Shown here piece by piece: positions 13,552 to 27,944 of a DNA stretch of 63,657 bases. The position numbers were made by a program, and so were the translations under genes. Source of the stretch: Octopus bimaculoides (taxonomy: Eukaryota); the NCBI RefSeq assembly GCF_001194135.2, contig NC_068984.1, positions 60,946,979 through 61,010,635 on the forward strand, written 5' to 3'. The notes below the pieces were generated by a model, which saw only the letters and a program-made list of their open reading frames with translations, did no database searches and was not told the origin of the DNA. Numbering within the stretch: the first letter of the stretch is position 1; the number at the start of each line of letters is the position of its first letter.

Positions 13552-14397
13552 TCTACTACATATGTGGGAAATTCGGTCTCTGGGTGTGTTTCTGGAGTTG
13601 TTAGCTAACTCCTCCTACATCGTTTCATCGATTTAGATGAAACTTGACATGTGAGTAGAACTCATGTCTAGAAACCTCATGGCATACTCAGATTGTTGAA
13701 AAATTGATAATAGGGTCCCTGGAAGGGATCCGTATATATAGCCAAGGCAAATAACCCATTCCTTATCCTAAATTGTTTGGTTAAAATGAAATTGAGTATG
13801 CTTATTTCTTAGTATATGAACTGTTAGATATATTTTTGCAACTTATCCAGTACAACCCTTAAACAAGTAAATAGTATTTTCCTAAACAATCGATCCACTT
13901 ATTTCAGGTAGTGACCTATTCACGAATATACCAACCCTAGCGCCGCTGAAGGTAAAACTCTCTGGGAACGCACAAAAGCCCTGTTCAGATTTATTTACTT
14001 TGAATTGTTATTACCTAATATCTGATTAGCCTGTTATTACATAACATGCTTCACAATTTTTGTAGACATACCTTATTAGTATTTCCTCCTACGTTCTATA
14101 TACTCTGGGAACGCATTAGAGTCCTTTTCGGGGCTACTTTATTTGAATTCTTACTATCGGGTAACTAATTTTATGTTATTACATAACTGACTTCACAATA
14201 TGGGTATTCTTAATTTACTGGGAATGCCTAAAAACAAGATCCTGTGTAAGACAGTTCTGTATTCTCTGTAAATGCACAAAAACGGTTTTAAGGGCTACAT
14301 ATTTTGTATTGTTGTTATTGGATTAGCGAAACAATTATGAGAACGGAACAAAGGGATAAGCCCCGCTTTCCCGGGAATTACCGGGTACGTCAGCTAG
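13552..14397 (+). mobile_element. Non-autonomous Helitron-like element inserted in (TA)n
   Basis: It starts A^TC and ends CTAG^T. A subterminal hairpin cccgg-gaatta-ccggg lies at 14370-14385. A degenerate ~145-bp internal tandem repeat starts ctctgggaacgca. Confidence 0.7.
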
Positions 14398-14456
14398 TAT
14401 ATATATATATATATATATATACGTTTATGTGTGTGTGTGAGAATATATATATACAT

Positions 14457-14488
<32 letters not shown>

Positions 14489-17302
14489 NNNNNNNNNNNN
14501 NNNNNNNNNNNNATATACATATATATATATAATGATATATATATATCACTCCTCTATGTATAAACATACGTGTGTGTCTGTGTGTCATGTCTCTTTCCAA
14601 GTTTATATGAGTGGGACGATTTATTTGTTGGAGAGAAATGCTTTCACTGCTGTGTGCTTGTCCTAGTTTTAACTAGTCTACCGTCAAATTTAGCAGAGCA
14701 TTTTTCTTTTTTAGTTTGGAAAACATATTTATGAACCTTGGTAAGTTTTGAACCTACGAACTGTGTTCACTTGTCTATTAGATTAAGACATCAAAATATG
14801 TGGTATAAATCTTCAAGCATCAGCGAGAGGAGTATCATTAACATAAATAGTAATGATATAGTTGCAATAATAGACTTCAGTAACCCCAACATCAGCAGAA
14901 ACTGTTCCCCCCGCATCAAGATTATTAAGTGTTTGAAATAAGTATTGGACTGTAAAAGCCTATTGATCTGAGAATTCAGCTTCAATCAATGAGTGAATAG
15001 ACATTAAGAAAATGTCCTTTTCTATGTACAAGCTGCAGTCTGGAGTATTCTCACTTAATAGCTTTTCTTTAGACTTTTGATATTTGAAAGTAACTTGATG
15101 ACAAGTCAATTGAAGCTGGCGACATTGTTTTTTTAAAGAGTTTGTGACATGTTATGGCTTTAAATTTCTATATTTATTCCATATACACGTTATTGGTAAA
15201 TATATTTGGAGCAGCTCTTTGATTCTTCATTGCTTTAGGACAAAAACACTTCAATAACTGTGTTTTTAACTTGTAAAGAAACGAGTTTAATGGTTCATTC
15301 TATCCTCCAGTTGCTTTGTTTATGAAATGACAGATTAAAAGAAAAATGGAAATTTCAAGTAACAACAACAATTCTACAATAAAAAGCAAACACATATAAG
15401 AAATTTCGCCTGTGCGTGTGAAATAATAATATTGTATGTCGGAATAAAAATATCAAAATGTGAGAAAAATAGCCATTAAACATAGTAATAGCAAAATATG
15501 CTTCTGTGACATGAGGTGAAACATATTTAAATGTTTTGAATCAAAAATACTGCTCTTGGATAAAATACGAGGCTATAAGTCACATTTTTTACCCATTGAA
15601 GAATTCTACCCCAGAACTATAAACGCGATTCCCATAATTCGCATAACATAGCACTATTCGCATAATGAAGGCAAAAAAACTCCAAAAAACAAGAAAAGCA
15701 TTTAAGCATTACTTTCCCGAATAGCTCAAAAGTATGCCTTCAATCGTTTACTTTGCAATGAATTGCCTCCTACTAATTCAAATCATTCAGCTGCCTAGAA
15801 TTCTGATTATTATACCTGAATATCAAATTCGAGAAATGTTGATCAAATATCAATTTGCTTCTTTTTATCAATCTAGACCGCAGTCACTCGCATCAATCAT
15901 CACCACCTGCACCATTACTGGGCACATCTCTGTTGTCGAAGTATTTGCCTGTTGAGAGTTTACTGTCTTCTTAGATGAGATACAAAATTCATTGTAGTTT
16001 GATTTTTGGGTTATGGGAAATTTTACAAAATTTTTGCCACTCATTCAATGTTCTGTTGGTTGTAGTGGTGAACATTAACTTCCTACGTCACTTATTTAGC
16101 TGAGTTGAGTACATAATGTAATCTGTATTAATTTGTTGCGGAAAAAATATAATACTAATAGAAGATGAAGCATTTTGTCCTTGTCTAATAAACGACACTT
16201 TGTTGTAGGTATTGCCATTTAACCCCAAATACTTCTGCTGGAGCAGATCCAAGATCAAAGATTTTATAAAACCAGGATTACAGTATCAATTTTATCTTGC
16301 TACATTTAAGATGTTTGAGAGTTACAGCATGGCGATTTAGCCTCTACTTTTTTTTTAGACTGAACGACACGTTTAAGCTTTCTTGTTCATCTAAATGCAG
16401 CATTTTTCTGATTCACCATGCTAACATCGTTCTTGTGTTTTGGTCAGAGTAAATCGCCTTTACTTCTTTCATTAAAGCTTTCTAATTACGTAACCCTTCC
16501 CTAAAGAATAGAACACTTCAACTGTATGTTTTAGGGAGGGTATCCTACCACTAAATAGCTTTTTATTTCACATAACATATTAGATATTTTCGAATATTTT
16601 CGGATAAAAACAAACATCTAACTCTTAGATAGCTGAATTGTGAATTACATTCAGTAGTTTGCAATCTGAAAATAGGTTACGAATACAATGCTACTAAGTG
16701 AGTACTATTTAAAATAAAACAACATACATTAACTGAAACAAAATAAAAGTAATAAAACCGTTCCTATGCAGGTTAACGAAGAAATTTACTCAAAACAATC
16801 AACACACAGTTCCTTCTAGTAACGGAACTATAAGAACATTAACCATTTCATTCCCTCGTGGCACACAAATATGCGTTATGCATTTTTTTCTTAATACGCA
16901 GTTTATTCGAATTTTCTCCGTTCTTTCATCCTTGTTGTGTCTACAAAGGGATATTGAATGGATTGGTGAAGTTACGATGTGAAGGTGTGTGGGAGTGACA
17001 GAGAAAGAGAGAAGAAACAGAGCCATTTACAGGGCTGGTACTTTATTTATCGACCTGTAAGTGATAATAGCAAAAGTTGTTACAGCAGGGTTTGAATTCA
17101 GAATGTTGTGGATTGGAACAAATACTGTAAATAATTCTATCTGACACTCTAACGATCTGACAATTTGCAATAAATGAATCAAGTGCGATTGAAATGTTTC
17201 TTATTGTTTTAAGCCAGCAGAAGAAAGATGTGCAGTACACATCCCCTTTTAAGGATTTTACAGGTTACTGAAGTTGGTTTTAGTGATACCCAATTGGTTT
17301 CA

Positions 17303-17510
17303 AATTTTGGCACAAGGTCAGCGATTTTTGGGTGAGTGTGTAACTCAATTACATCGAGGCCAATGCTCAACTGGTACTTATTTCATCGACACCGAAAAGA
17401 TGAAATGCAAAATCGACCACGGTGGAATTTGAAATCAGAACAGAAAAGCAGGCGAAATGCCGCTAAACATCTTGTTGGGTGAGCCAACGATTCTGCTTGT
17501 TCGCCACCTT
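17303..17510 (-). mobile_element. tRNA-derived SINE, family A
   Basis: Reverse complement of the family A head, core and tail. Confidence 0.8.
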
Positions 17511-19420
17511 ACCCAACTTGAATGTTATGAAGTTGATGTCTACAAAACAACAAAAAACAACAACAAAACAACAAAACAAAATAAAAAAGAATACAGATGG
17601 AAAATTACCCGGTACTTTGGACTGGGATGCGTAAGAAACATCTCCCAGAAAAAAACAAAACAAAATGAAAAGACCCCGTGTGTTATTGCAGTATGTTATT
17701 GCCGTATCAGGACGAGAACGTGATAGACAAATTCACTGAGAGTAGGTAAATAATGTAATGGAATATAAATATAATTTTTTTCTGGGATATTATTTAAAGA
17801 AGGATATAATTCTTTTGGAAAAGTATGTTATTTCGTTCATTTGAAACTATAACAAATCTGAGTCAACAGGAGTTACTCTTTGTAATTTTTGAACTGCTTC
17901 AAATAGTGGTTGAATTTCCTTAAAATCGTACCCAGCCATCTTAAAAAGAAAAGAGAAAAATTATTATTATTCATTTAGATTTGTATCATGTCTGAAATAA
18001 AATGACGGGACAGTCACAGCGGGAACCTAGTTCATCAAAGGTTTGCTCGATTGGAGTTGATATTGAGTCAGGTGAGAACAGCAAGTATGAAAACTGCAAC
18101 AGAGAACTTTCCTCATACATGTTAGTTTTCTGACTTGAAAAGTCGGGTCGCTTGAATTCCAGTTTCATATCGTTTAAAGGATGATGAGGGTTTAAGATAA
18201 TTATGTATACTGTTGGCGATTTACTGCAGGTAACATTCACAAAGGGACATCTTATGCCAGGTAAATTTTGGTATGAGTATGAAAATGTACGTTTTAGATT
18301 TCCAGAGAAACTGGTGCTTTGGATTTAAACTTACAGCCTGAGAATTTGTAAATAAATCAATATTTTACTTTCTACCACTGGCTTCATAATTCTACTGGGA
18401 TTGAATTATCTATATAGAAGTTTTAATCAATTTGTTAAAATATAATTATCAGCACAATGTGTTAGAACACTTTTTAAAATTTCGCATATCTGGCAATGAA
18501 TGAATAGTCATTTGAGAATTACTTCAACGTATCTGAAGATTTCTCTATGCAGTCGACCGACCTGATAGAAACAGAATTAAAATCAACCTCAGATCATTTG
18601 TATAGTCTAATATGAAAAATAATACAGTGGCGAGATGCCCATAAGATAGGAAATATGGCTTCTTATGTATATGTGAAATTCATTTAATTATAGGCCTGCA
18701 CTATCAAAGTTGACTTGACGCTAAACACATACAAATGTCGCCACCATCGATAACACGAATAACAAAGATAATAATAAGCTTATTGTTGTGGAGCTGAAGA
18801 GGGAGATGTCCATAAGATTGCCAGAATATGAAACATTCCACCCACAGGAGGGGAATAAATAAATAATTATATAACATTAACCGGTTAATTAGTATAAAAA
18901 TATGCTTTTGGAACAAAAATAGACATCCCTTCAATTTCGAACATATAAAACAGAATCAATATGAAATTAGATTAAATGTGTTAAATGTTTTCTAAAAAAA
19001 TATTGAAAGCTCAAACATGTACACATACACAAAAGAGAAAACACGAATAGTATTTTTGTTAGTGATCCATTAAAAACAATTAAATAATTAAGAATAACAT
19101 CAAGATATACTACAGGAGGTATCAATACATAAATATTTCCAGCCTTGAATTTTCCTATCATTCGAGGCAGAATGAAAATTGGCTATGCTATGAATACATT
19201 TGAAAACTGGCAACTGATGCTTGGAAGTTGGCCAATCTACTTCCAGAGAACAGTTGTAAGTCAATGTAAGTCAAGGGAATTTGATCTAAGTTCATTTACA
19301 TGTGAAGTAATGAATGTCTAAGAAAGTAACCAGATTGGCACCAGATATTCTTCTGCATAAGATATTGTGTTAATTAAAGGGTTGCACATTACTCATAGTC
19401 AGTTACTAAAGACAGCTGAA

Positions 19421-19519
<99 letters not shown>

Positions 19520-19599
19520 NNNNNNNNNNNNNNNNNNNNNNNNNNNNNNNNNNNNNNNNNNNNNNNNNNNNNNNNNNNNNNNNNNNNNNNNNNNNNNNN

Positions 19600-19640
<41 letters not shown>

Positions 19641-20139
19641 TACGGTTATTGCAAAGTCCTTGAGCCAATTAAAATTTGTATAACTCTATTTGTACATGAT
19701 ATGTATATATGGTAGAATTAGTCTGTGGAAATTATAAGTGAAAGAATGTTATATTTTTAAATAATTTTCTTCTTGAGACAGGAGATCTCAAGAAGGCCAA
19801 GATTATTTCGTATGTAACCGTGATGCCATTGTGAAATTCTACAAATACATTTTGCAGATTATTGTTCGTTGAACTGTGAATCAATTCAGTTAAACAGTTA
19901 TTATTCACTACCAGTCATATATAGAACGCTGTGTGGTATCCTGCAACCTTTCAGGCTCAAAATAAACATGGCTGTTTTTTAGGAGAAAGCGATATAGAAA
20001 GAGGTAGAACGCGGGGAAAGCTGGAAGAAACGAAGAGAGAAACGAGAAAATCTTGAAAGTAAGGGTTACAAAAATGAGCCTAATCTGGATTGGGATGGTG
20101 TCTCCAGTTCGATAGTTGAAACTTGTCCACATCTTTTAT

Positions 20140-20470
20140 CTTTAGCTTTTACTGGTTTCAGTCATTAGACTGTGGTCATTGTGGCCCGCCTTAGATTTTA
20201 GTCGAACGAATCAACCCGCAGTATTTATTTTTTTTATAACCTGATACTTATTCTATCAGTCTCTTTTGCTGAACGGCAACACACCAACACCGGTTGTCAA
20301 GCGGTGTTTGGGGACTAACACAATGTCACACACACGCTCGCGCACACACACACAGACACACGCACATATTCGATGAACTTCTTTCAGCTACTGTGTACCA
20401 AATCTGTGCTAGGACGGCATTGGTCGGCCTGAGGTTATAATAGAAGCCACTTGCTCTAGGTATCCGCTGG
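20140..20470 (-). mobile_element. tRNA-derived SINE, family B (ccttgggcaagtgtcttctactatag core, (CA)n, caaccggtgttggtgt tail), decayed
   Basis: Matches the reverse complement of the copies at 39395-39570 and 44405-44520 and the copy at 27945-28167. Confidence 0.75.
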
Positions 20471-23400
20471 AGTTCTTTGATTTAAAAAATAATATAAGTT
20501 TTTTCAGCTATACAAAGCGGGAACCTGCTTGATCCATTATTATATAGCGTGTATCGTTTATAGTTGCCTCACTTGATGGTGTGTGGGGTGTTTTTGGCAT
20601 TTAGGTCCCAGATGTGACATACTAGCTTATTGCTTTTCTTCCTGTTTACGTGCCGAAGTGAAGATTGGTGTTTAGTACGTCTTATTTTAAAGTCACTTGC
20701 ACATAATCCAATATCTTTTCATTTCAGTTTCATTATTTGGTAAAACTGAGGTGACGTTGCCTTGTATAAGCTAACCATGCATGCCTTATCGATCAGGCAA
20801 GTATCTAGGTTTCTAAAATTACATATTGAAGTGGGTGCTGGGTGTAACTTACGTGTAATACTGTATTTTGAAGTGGGTGCAGTAGCTGTAAGAAATTTAT
20901 GTGGAACGTCTATTAAAAAAAATTCTTATAACTGCGGTTATCAGGGAAATGCTTATCATTCGATACTAGGAACTTCCTACGCATGTTTGTCTCAGCATTC
21001 AATGAGAAATCAAGTAGGCGAACCATATAAGAAATAATATTTTGGATTATATAAATGTGACTATAAAAATGATATATCATTGAACCCAGTACTTGACTGA
21101 TACTTTATTTGATTGTACCGGAAGGGATAAATGGTTGAGATGACCTCGGTGGATTTTGAACTCTGAATGCAAAGACGATCTAACGATTCTGCACGCATAT
21201 ACGTCATTATAAAAATATTTCTAAACTACATATATATGATATTACGGGGTGGTATTCTTATCATACTACAAAATAACATGTTGCAGGATAATTGAAGTAT
21301 TGGGTTCACGCAGTAAGTGAAACTATACAGAGGCCACAAATTGTACGGAAACTCTTTTTAACCGCTGATGCTTCAGTAGTGTTGGTATTGAAAATCATTT
21401 TAGAAGATAGTATGTTCTTTCTATGGTATAATTGAGCTATTTAATAAAAGAAAAACTTATCATATAGCAAACGCATGTAATCTTTCAAATACATAAGAAT
21501 AAAATCTGAAACTAAAAATCCATTTTACCAGCTATTAAATATTAAAAAAAAAAAAATATCATATACATTTATTAAAAAATAAGTTTTGAATAATTGCTTA
21601 CTGTACATTGAAAATAAGCAGATCATTGCACTCTCTCATAAATTTATCCTCTTTTATTAGTTAAAAAATATTTCTTTCACCAAAGTTATCTGAAAAAAAA
21701 AACTGAAAGAAGAAAACACATTACAAAGATTACCAATATAATTTTTATCAATAATTTTACATTTGATTCTCAGTCCGACAAGACATACTTTAAGGCATCT
21801 TTGGTATTTGAATAAAACCTGTATTCTGTTCCGTTGCAATAAACTGGTATGGAAACAATTTGAAAGGAACTTTCTTCAATATTTATTATTACTTTTTATT
21901 TTCACTCCGGAAAGAAAGACTTCTCGTAGAAAAGTTGTTTATACCTTGCTTTCGTTCAAGTAATTTTTAACGTTTACAATCTTTTTCTTTGTATCTCCAA
22001 CATTTTCAGTCTGAAAAATAATGTATTTTTTTTCAGTGTTCTGTGATAAATCTAAAAGGGTAAAGAAATAAGCAGTTGATAACAGGTATCTATTATATGT
22101 TGCACACTTATAAAAAGAAATTAGATCATGTTAAAAAAGAGCAAACATTCTTTAAAATAGCTGCAGAATCGTTACCAATATTCACTTGATAATTTGGAAT
22201 TGGTTTGAACAAGTTAAAAGTGTAATAATAGTGTGTTTGATTCAGCTGTTATATACTACCATATCTGCAATATTTTTCTATTTCCTGCTATGCAGACGCA
22301 GCTTCGTGAACTTTAGTGCAATGACAAACAATATATATTTTCTAAAATACATATATTTTAGAATAAAATTCGAGCTTAAAATGGCCTGGCGAATAAAGCA
22401 TAAGGCAGCCAATACATAAAGTCGAATTAAGATCTTGGAGGTCTTTGAGCTACACACAGTGTAAAGGCTGCATGAATATTTTCAAAGGGAATGATGTTTT
22501 CTGCATTGTGTGATTCCTGCATGCATTCATGCATACATACATACATGCGTGCATACATACATACATGTCCAAACAGCTCCTGATATTGTCAATCTATTGC
22601 ATTCTTTGCCTGCTTCTTGATTTAATGCCTTCTACTCTACCTTCCATGATAACGTTTCCCAAACTTCTCAAACTTCTGCTTCTTCGAATATAGCCAAAAT
22701 GAATGAGTTTTTATATTTTACAATATTCAGGAGTTGTCTTTCACTTAATTGTTTTGATATCCAATCATTAGTCCGATGGACTTTGTAAGAAATTCGTAAC
22801 ATACTCCTATACTCTCACATTTCAATAGTAACGGCTCATCGGACTTGCTGACTGGAAGCACATAATCTCTTTACTGATAGAGTTACTATATAGTCTCGGT
22901 CAGCTTGGTGATGAAAAAAAAAAACAAAAAAACAAAACGAAACAAAAAATGCGAGAGGGAAGGAAGAGTTTTCCCCGCTCTATACGATTGCAGCTTGTTC
23001 GTCTTGTATCGGAAGAAGTGTGACTTGATAATTACTTTTATTTTGAAACTTAGAGTATAGAAAAACTTGCAGTCATATTACGATTCCGATGAATAATTTT
23101 CTTCCAATTTTTCACAACCGAAGATTTGCCGGAGTTAAAACGTGATTTGTTAGATCATACACAGTAACTGTTTTTCCATTTATGCACGTACATTTCAGAG
23201 CTGAAACGTTTGTGTCATCAAAAATTGAAAGTATTTCAATAAAATTAAAAATGGATTTACTCCTAGTTCTCCTCGCGTGGAATTATTATCTCGAGTAGGG
23301 CAATGTCTTTTGAGAACATTGGCATTTTCAAACTGTATTTATATAATTTAGAATTATTTTATTTTAGCAATTATCTTTCCTTTTCTATTATTTACGGAAA

Positions 23401-23872
23401 TACCTCTCACTCGACATCTCACACTTTATGAATCAGATTGAGCCAGGTAAATTTTTCTTGTCCAAAACCCTAGAGCTGTAGAAATTCACTGAATTGTTAT
23501 CTTATCTATTCAACTATAGAGAATTTGTAGCTTGTGATAGGTCTTCTTCAATATCTCTATTTGTGGTGCTCAATGGTTCTCGTTATAATTAATCCTTTCA
23601 ACAAATATACTGATATCACTCAAAACATTGGCCCTAGTGTTTATTTCATATTAGGTCCCATTGCCTGATTGATTACATGAATGTCTGCTCCGTAATTTCA
23701 GAAACTACGGAAAATAAATAAAACTAAAGTCTAGATTGTTCATCAAAATAAAATTTGCTTATTTTTCCTCGCTGAAACTTTGAATTTCAGGTTAGTTGGA
23801 TATAAGGTATATCATTGAAGTAAATTCAACATATAATTGGAAAAGCTGGGCACGCACTCGAATATTCATGTC

Positions 23873-23962
23873 TTTCTTTTCACTACATCTTTCTTTTCAC
23901 CACATCTTTCTTTTCACCACATCTTTCTTTTCACCACATCTTTCTTTTCACCACATCTTTCT
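23873..23962. repeat. 17-bp minisatellite (tttcttttcaccacatc) x ~5
   Basis: Directly visible tandem units. Confidence 0.9.
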
Positions 23963-26900
23963 TGTTTCCATTTGTTTGAGAGATTAGTGCCACGTCTGCG
24001 ATATAGATGAGTGATAAGATGTGAGAAGCGCACAAAGCTATCTATAGAATTCGTACATGTGATAAAATTATATGTAATTGTGATTATATAAAAGCATATA
24101 TGATTTCAGGATAAGGAATCAAGATAGCGTTAAAATCAAAACCTGATTCTAAAGATGTTTCATGACTTGGCCTATTGGTGTATTTTGGAATTTAAAATAT
24201 ACACAACTTTTTCAAATGTAATAGAAGTCAAATTATTCTAAGATTGTTAAGAATTGAGCATGGAATTTCTCCGCTAAGTGTCACCTTTATTCTTAATACT
24301 TAAGTTATTTGTCTTTCAGTTTTGATAATCCAACATCATAATATCCATTATACTTTAATAATATAGATAAAAAGGTTCATTGCAAATCTATAAATAAATC
24401 TTTAAGTTAATATTTTCTTCCAACTAGATCTATTTTCAAATACCAACGCAATTGTGAAAGAAATAATGCAATAAATATTCATAAATACTGATTCGAATAT
24501 TCGTTTTTAATTTTTTGCTTTATGTAGGAATGTCTCAACTATATAATTTGATTATCAATTCTATTTGAGCTCCCCTTTGTAATGCAAATTTTCTTCACCT
24601 ATTCATATCAAACTTTCTATAAATGTGGATGTCATTTTCTATCAGTTTCAAATTATAATAAGGACATTTTCTCATTACGCACAGTTGGGAAAATGAACTT
24701 ATTCAAAAACTATTCGAAAAAAAAAAGACCCAACAAAAATCAAAATGCACAACGTATTAAAAATATTCAATAAATTGTATATTGGAATATACTTTAACAA
24801 TGTAAAAATTTGAGAAAGACTATATTAGAGGACTGGTTTACGAATAATAGGTAGTTAAATACTAACTGAGTTATCAATAAGAACATATCCAGTTAATTAA
24901 AATATCTTTTAAAATCCTCTCTCACTAATGTTCTATTGGGTTTATAAACAATACAAAATTTGGAAACTCATTGGCCAGGATTTACATTTGGTGTATCTCT
25001 GGACAGGACTCTTAAATAATATCTGTAATGAAGTGATACCCGATCTTTTGAAACAAACTACATATAATGTAATGTTTCTTGAATTATCGGTATATATACA
25101 AATATAGTTTGTTTGGTTACATAAAAGTATTTTTGATGGCGGTAATGTTTTATTGCAGAACTATCATTTTATATGTGCCAGATTTCACGCGTGGTGTGTT
25201 TGTAAATGTATTCTGCCGGACTTGTGACTTTGGAAAGAGAGATATACCGTAAATGGTACTTCCTGCATTTGTCGTTGCTGTGGCCTGCGCCAGTGTTATT
25301 TTTTCGAGTCGTTAATTTTCCTGGAGTACTTGTAAACCGATTCAAGCTGATTCATGACTTCTGTTGTTTGATGACACCCGCACCTTTCGATCGACTTTTG
25401 AATTTCTCATAAATCCATTTCTTTTGTAGCTTGTTTAACTTATTTAAGTCGGTGGGGAGAGTAATTTGGGCCGATTTTATTTGAATTTCTTGTAAATCCA
25501 GTACAAACACGTAGAAGCATTTTGTTGCTTAGTAAGTTAAATTTAACTTATGAATACTTATTTATGAATAATAATTTTGTTTCGTAATCCGCATGAAGAG
25601 GCCAGTGCCTACATTATTAAAGATTTGGCTCAAAATACAATAGATATATCTATATAAAGAAAATTCCCCAAAATATGTCACATTAGGCTCCCACACAAAA
25701 CATCTATAGGAACTTAGGTTTTTTAGCGATTAGATCCATTAACCAGTTCAGAAGAAGATATTCTATTTTAGTCGAAAAGTTTTTCTTTAGAAGAATGTTG
25801 ATTATCCCGCTAACTCAAATGAAAAGCAAAATAATAATTACTAAGAAGAAATAAAATCGCAAAAAGGACAGCTAGTTAATCGTTTCCTGTCTATTTATGT
25901 TGTAATGTCAGTAGCTAATAGAAACAGGCACATTTTCTATTAAGGAAAGACCTGCAAAAAGGGGCATACAAGCGTAACTTCATTATTACTTAATAATTGC
26001 TATAAGTTATTCGGTGATTTTCCCTGAAAATCTTTTTGCAAGTTTATTGAATATTGTTGGAGAATTTTGATTGGATTTGATAGCTTTTTTTCTTACATAA
26101 TGGTGAATATTGCTGTTTTGATTTTATTAAATATTTCACTGGCCTCCGTTATTTAATAAAAGAATCTTTTATACTGCTAATTGTCTTTTTGAATTATTAA
26201 TCTATTATAATTTCTTTTCATTTTTTGTTGAATAAAGCAATTAATAATTCATTCGATTTAAAATTATAGCCTCCACCTTTATAATACAATGAATTATCAT
26301 ATTTTCTTAAAGATTTGATTTTGGTTTATTACTTCCAGCATATTCCTCTGATAATAGAATACTGTCAGCCTTTCAGAAATGTCATTTTTACATCAAGGTT
26401 ACTTGTCATAAAGAGTGAAAGATGTTTACGATATTTTAATTATATTCTTAATTAAAAAGGTTCTACCAAAATTTATTATGATCAATCATTTTATAAGAAC
26501 GTTAATAACTGATTTGTAGCTATATTTTATACATAACACATAAGGAAATATGTATATATGTGTGTGTATGTGTGTAGTGATAAAATAATAATTAAATGAC
26601 ATTTAATTAAGATTATCGCAAGTATTACATTATGCATCTATTTTATTGTCTAAATCAATCGAATTCTAGCAAGTGGTACTGATTTTCCAATGCCGGAGAG
26701 TTTAATTCAAGATAAACAGTAGATTAGAACGCATGGAAAATAAAAGCACATTGCATTCAAGAGTTAGCTATGCGACATACAAGGGATAAATCTACCCTAT
26801 AATTTTCTCTGTGGATGTCTGTGAAAATTTTACTTGTGTGCAAATTTTGTCTTTCTTTGCTAAATATGTAGGCATCCATGCAAGCAACCTCTTGCATGAA

Positions 26901-27449
26901 ATTCAGTTTCATCATGAAAATTTTGTGTGTGTCCAGCTTTTCCACTTAGCTAATTGCAAGACGCAAGCGTGTGCATAAATGCACAGCTTAGAGGAAACAT
27001 CGCGAGTGATATGAAATAAATAGCGGAAGCTAAAAAAATAATGCTACTGTGCCTAACAACAAATAAAATTTACCTCCATATCGCAAATAAATTCTCTATA
27101 TTATAGGTGTCAAAATAATCAATTTTGTTGTTGTTGTTGTTTGGTCGATAGATGTCATTCATTCTTTTAAATTATAGGCTAATGACAGCATATTAATTTC
27201 GCACATTGGCTCAACGTTACAACTTTGATAGGATATTAACCGAGTGCATAATCCTTAGAATATTAGAACTACTTTTAATCTCCCCATTTTTTATTGAGGG
27301 ATCAATACCAGAGCAGACTTTCTGTAGGATTCTTATTCAGAATGCGTAACGACGAAACTTATTGCTTTGAAGCACGTAGTCACTTCTCGACAACTCTGCC
27401 ACATACATTCTCAACATTATATTCAGACATAGCAAAAGGAAGCATAGAC

Positions 27450-27818
27450 CTGCAAGAAATAGCAGCCACTACATGCTGTGAAAGGATTCAGTGATGATAT
27501 CGGCATGGAGTTTGGCCTTGAAAAGTATGCCAAAGCCATCTTTAAGAAAGGGAAACTGGTAAAGTCAAGTTCAATCGAATTAGATGTCGAAACAGTAATA
27601 AAGGAACTTGAGCAGGAACAAACCTATAAATACCTAGGAATAAATTAAGTTCTCTGGTATCCAGCATGCAAGCAAGAAAGAGAAGGTTAGGAAGGAATGT
27701 TATAGAAGAGTTCGAGCAGTCCTGAAGTTGTCTGAGCTGAATGCATATAATAAGGTGTTAACCATAAATTCTTTAGCAGTCTCAGTTGTTATTTATAGTT
27801 TCAATGTGCTTAACTGGA
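27450..27818 (+). mobile_element. R4/Dong-clade LINE internal fragment (RT C-terminal half)
   Basis: VKGFSDDIGMEFGLEKYAKAIFKKGK...EQEQTYKYLGI...ELNAYNKVLTINSLAVSVVIYSFNVLNW. It is truncated by a SINE at 27820. Confidence 0.85.
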
Positions 27819-27819
27819 A

Positions 27820-27935
27820 GTGGAGGCGCAATGGCGCAATGGTTAGGGCATCGGACTCGCGGTTATAGGATCGCGGTTTCGATCCCCAGACCGGAAATTG
27901 TGAATGTTTATTGAGCGAAAACACCTAAAGCTCCT
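27820..27935 (+). mobile_element. tRNA-derived SINE, family C, 5' part
   Basis: tggcgcaatgg A-box and ggtttcgatcc B-box, followed by non-tRNA body sequence. Confidence 0.75.
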
Positions 27936-27944
27936 CCTCCTTCT

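Noticed and set aside
23873-23962. CRISPR-like array
   Set aside because: The repeats are contiguous with no spacers, and the context is eukaryotic.
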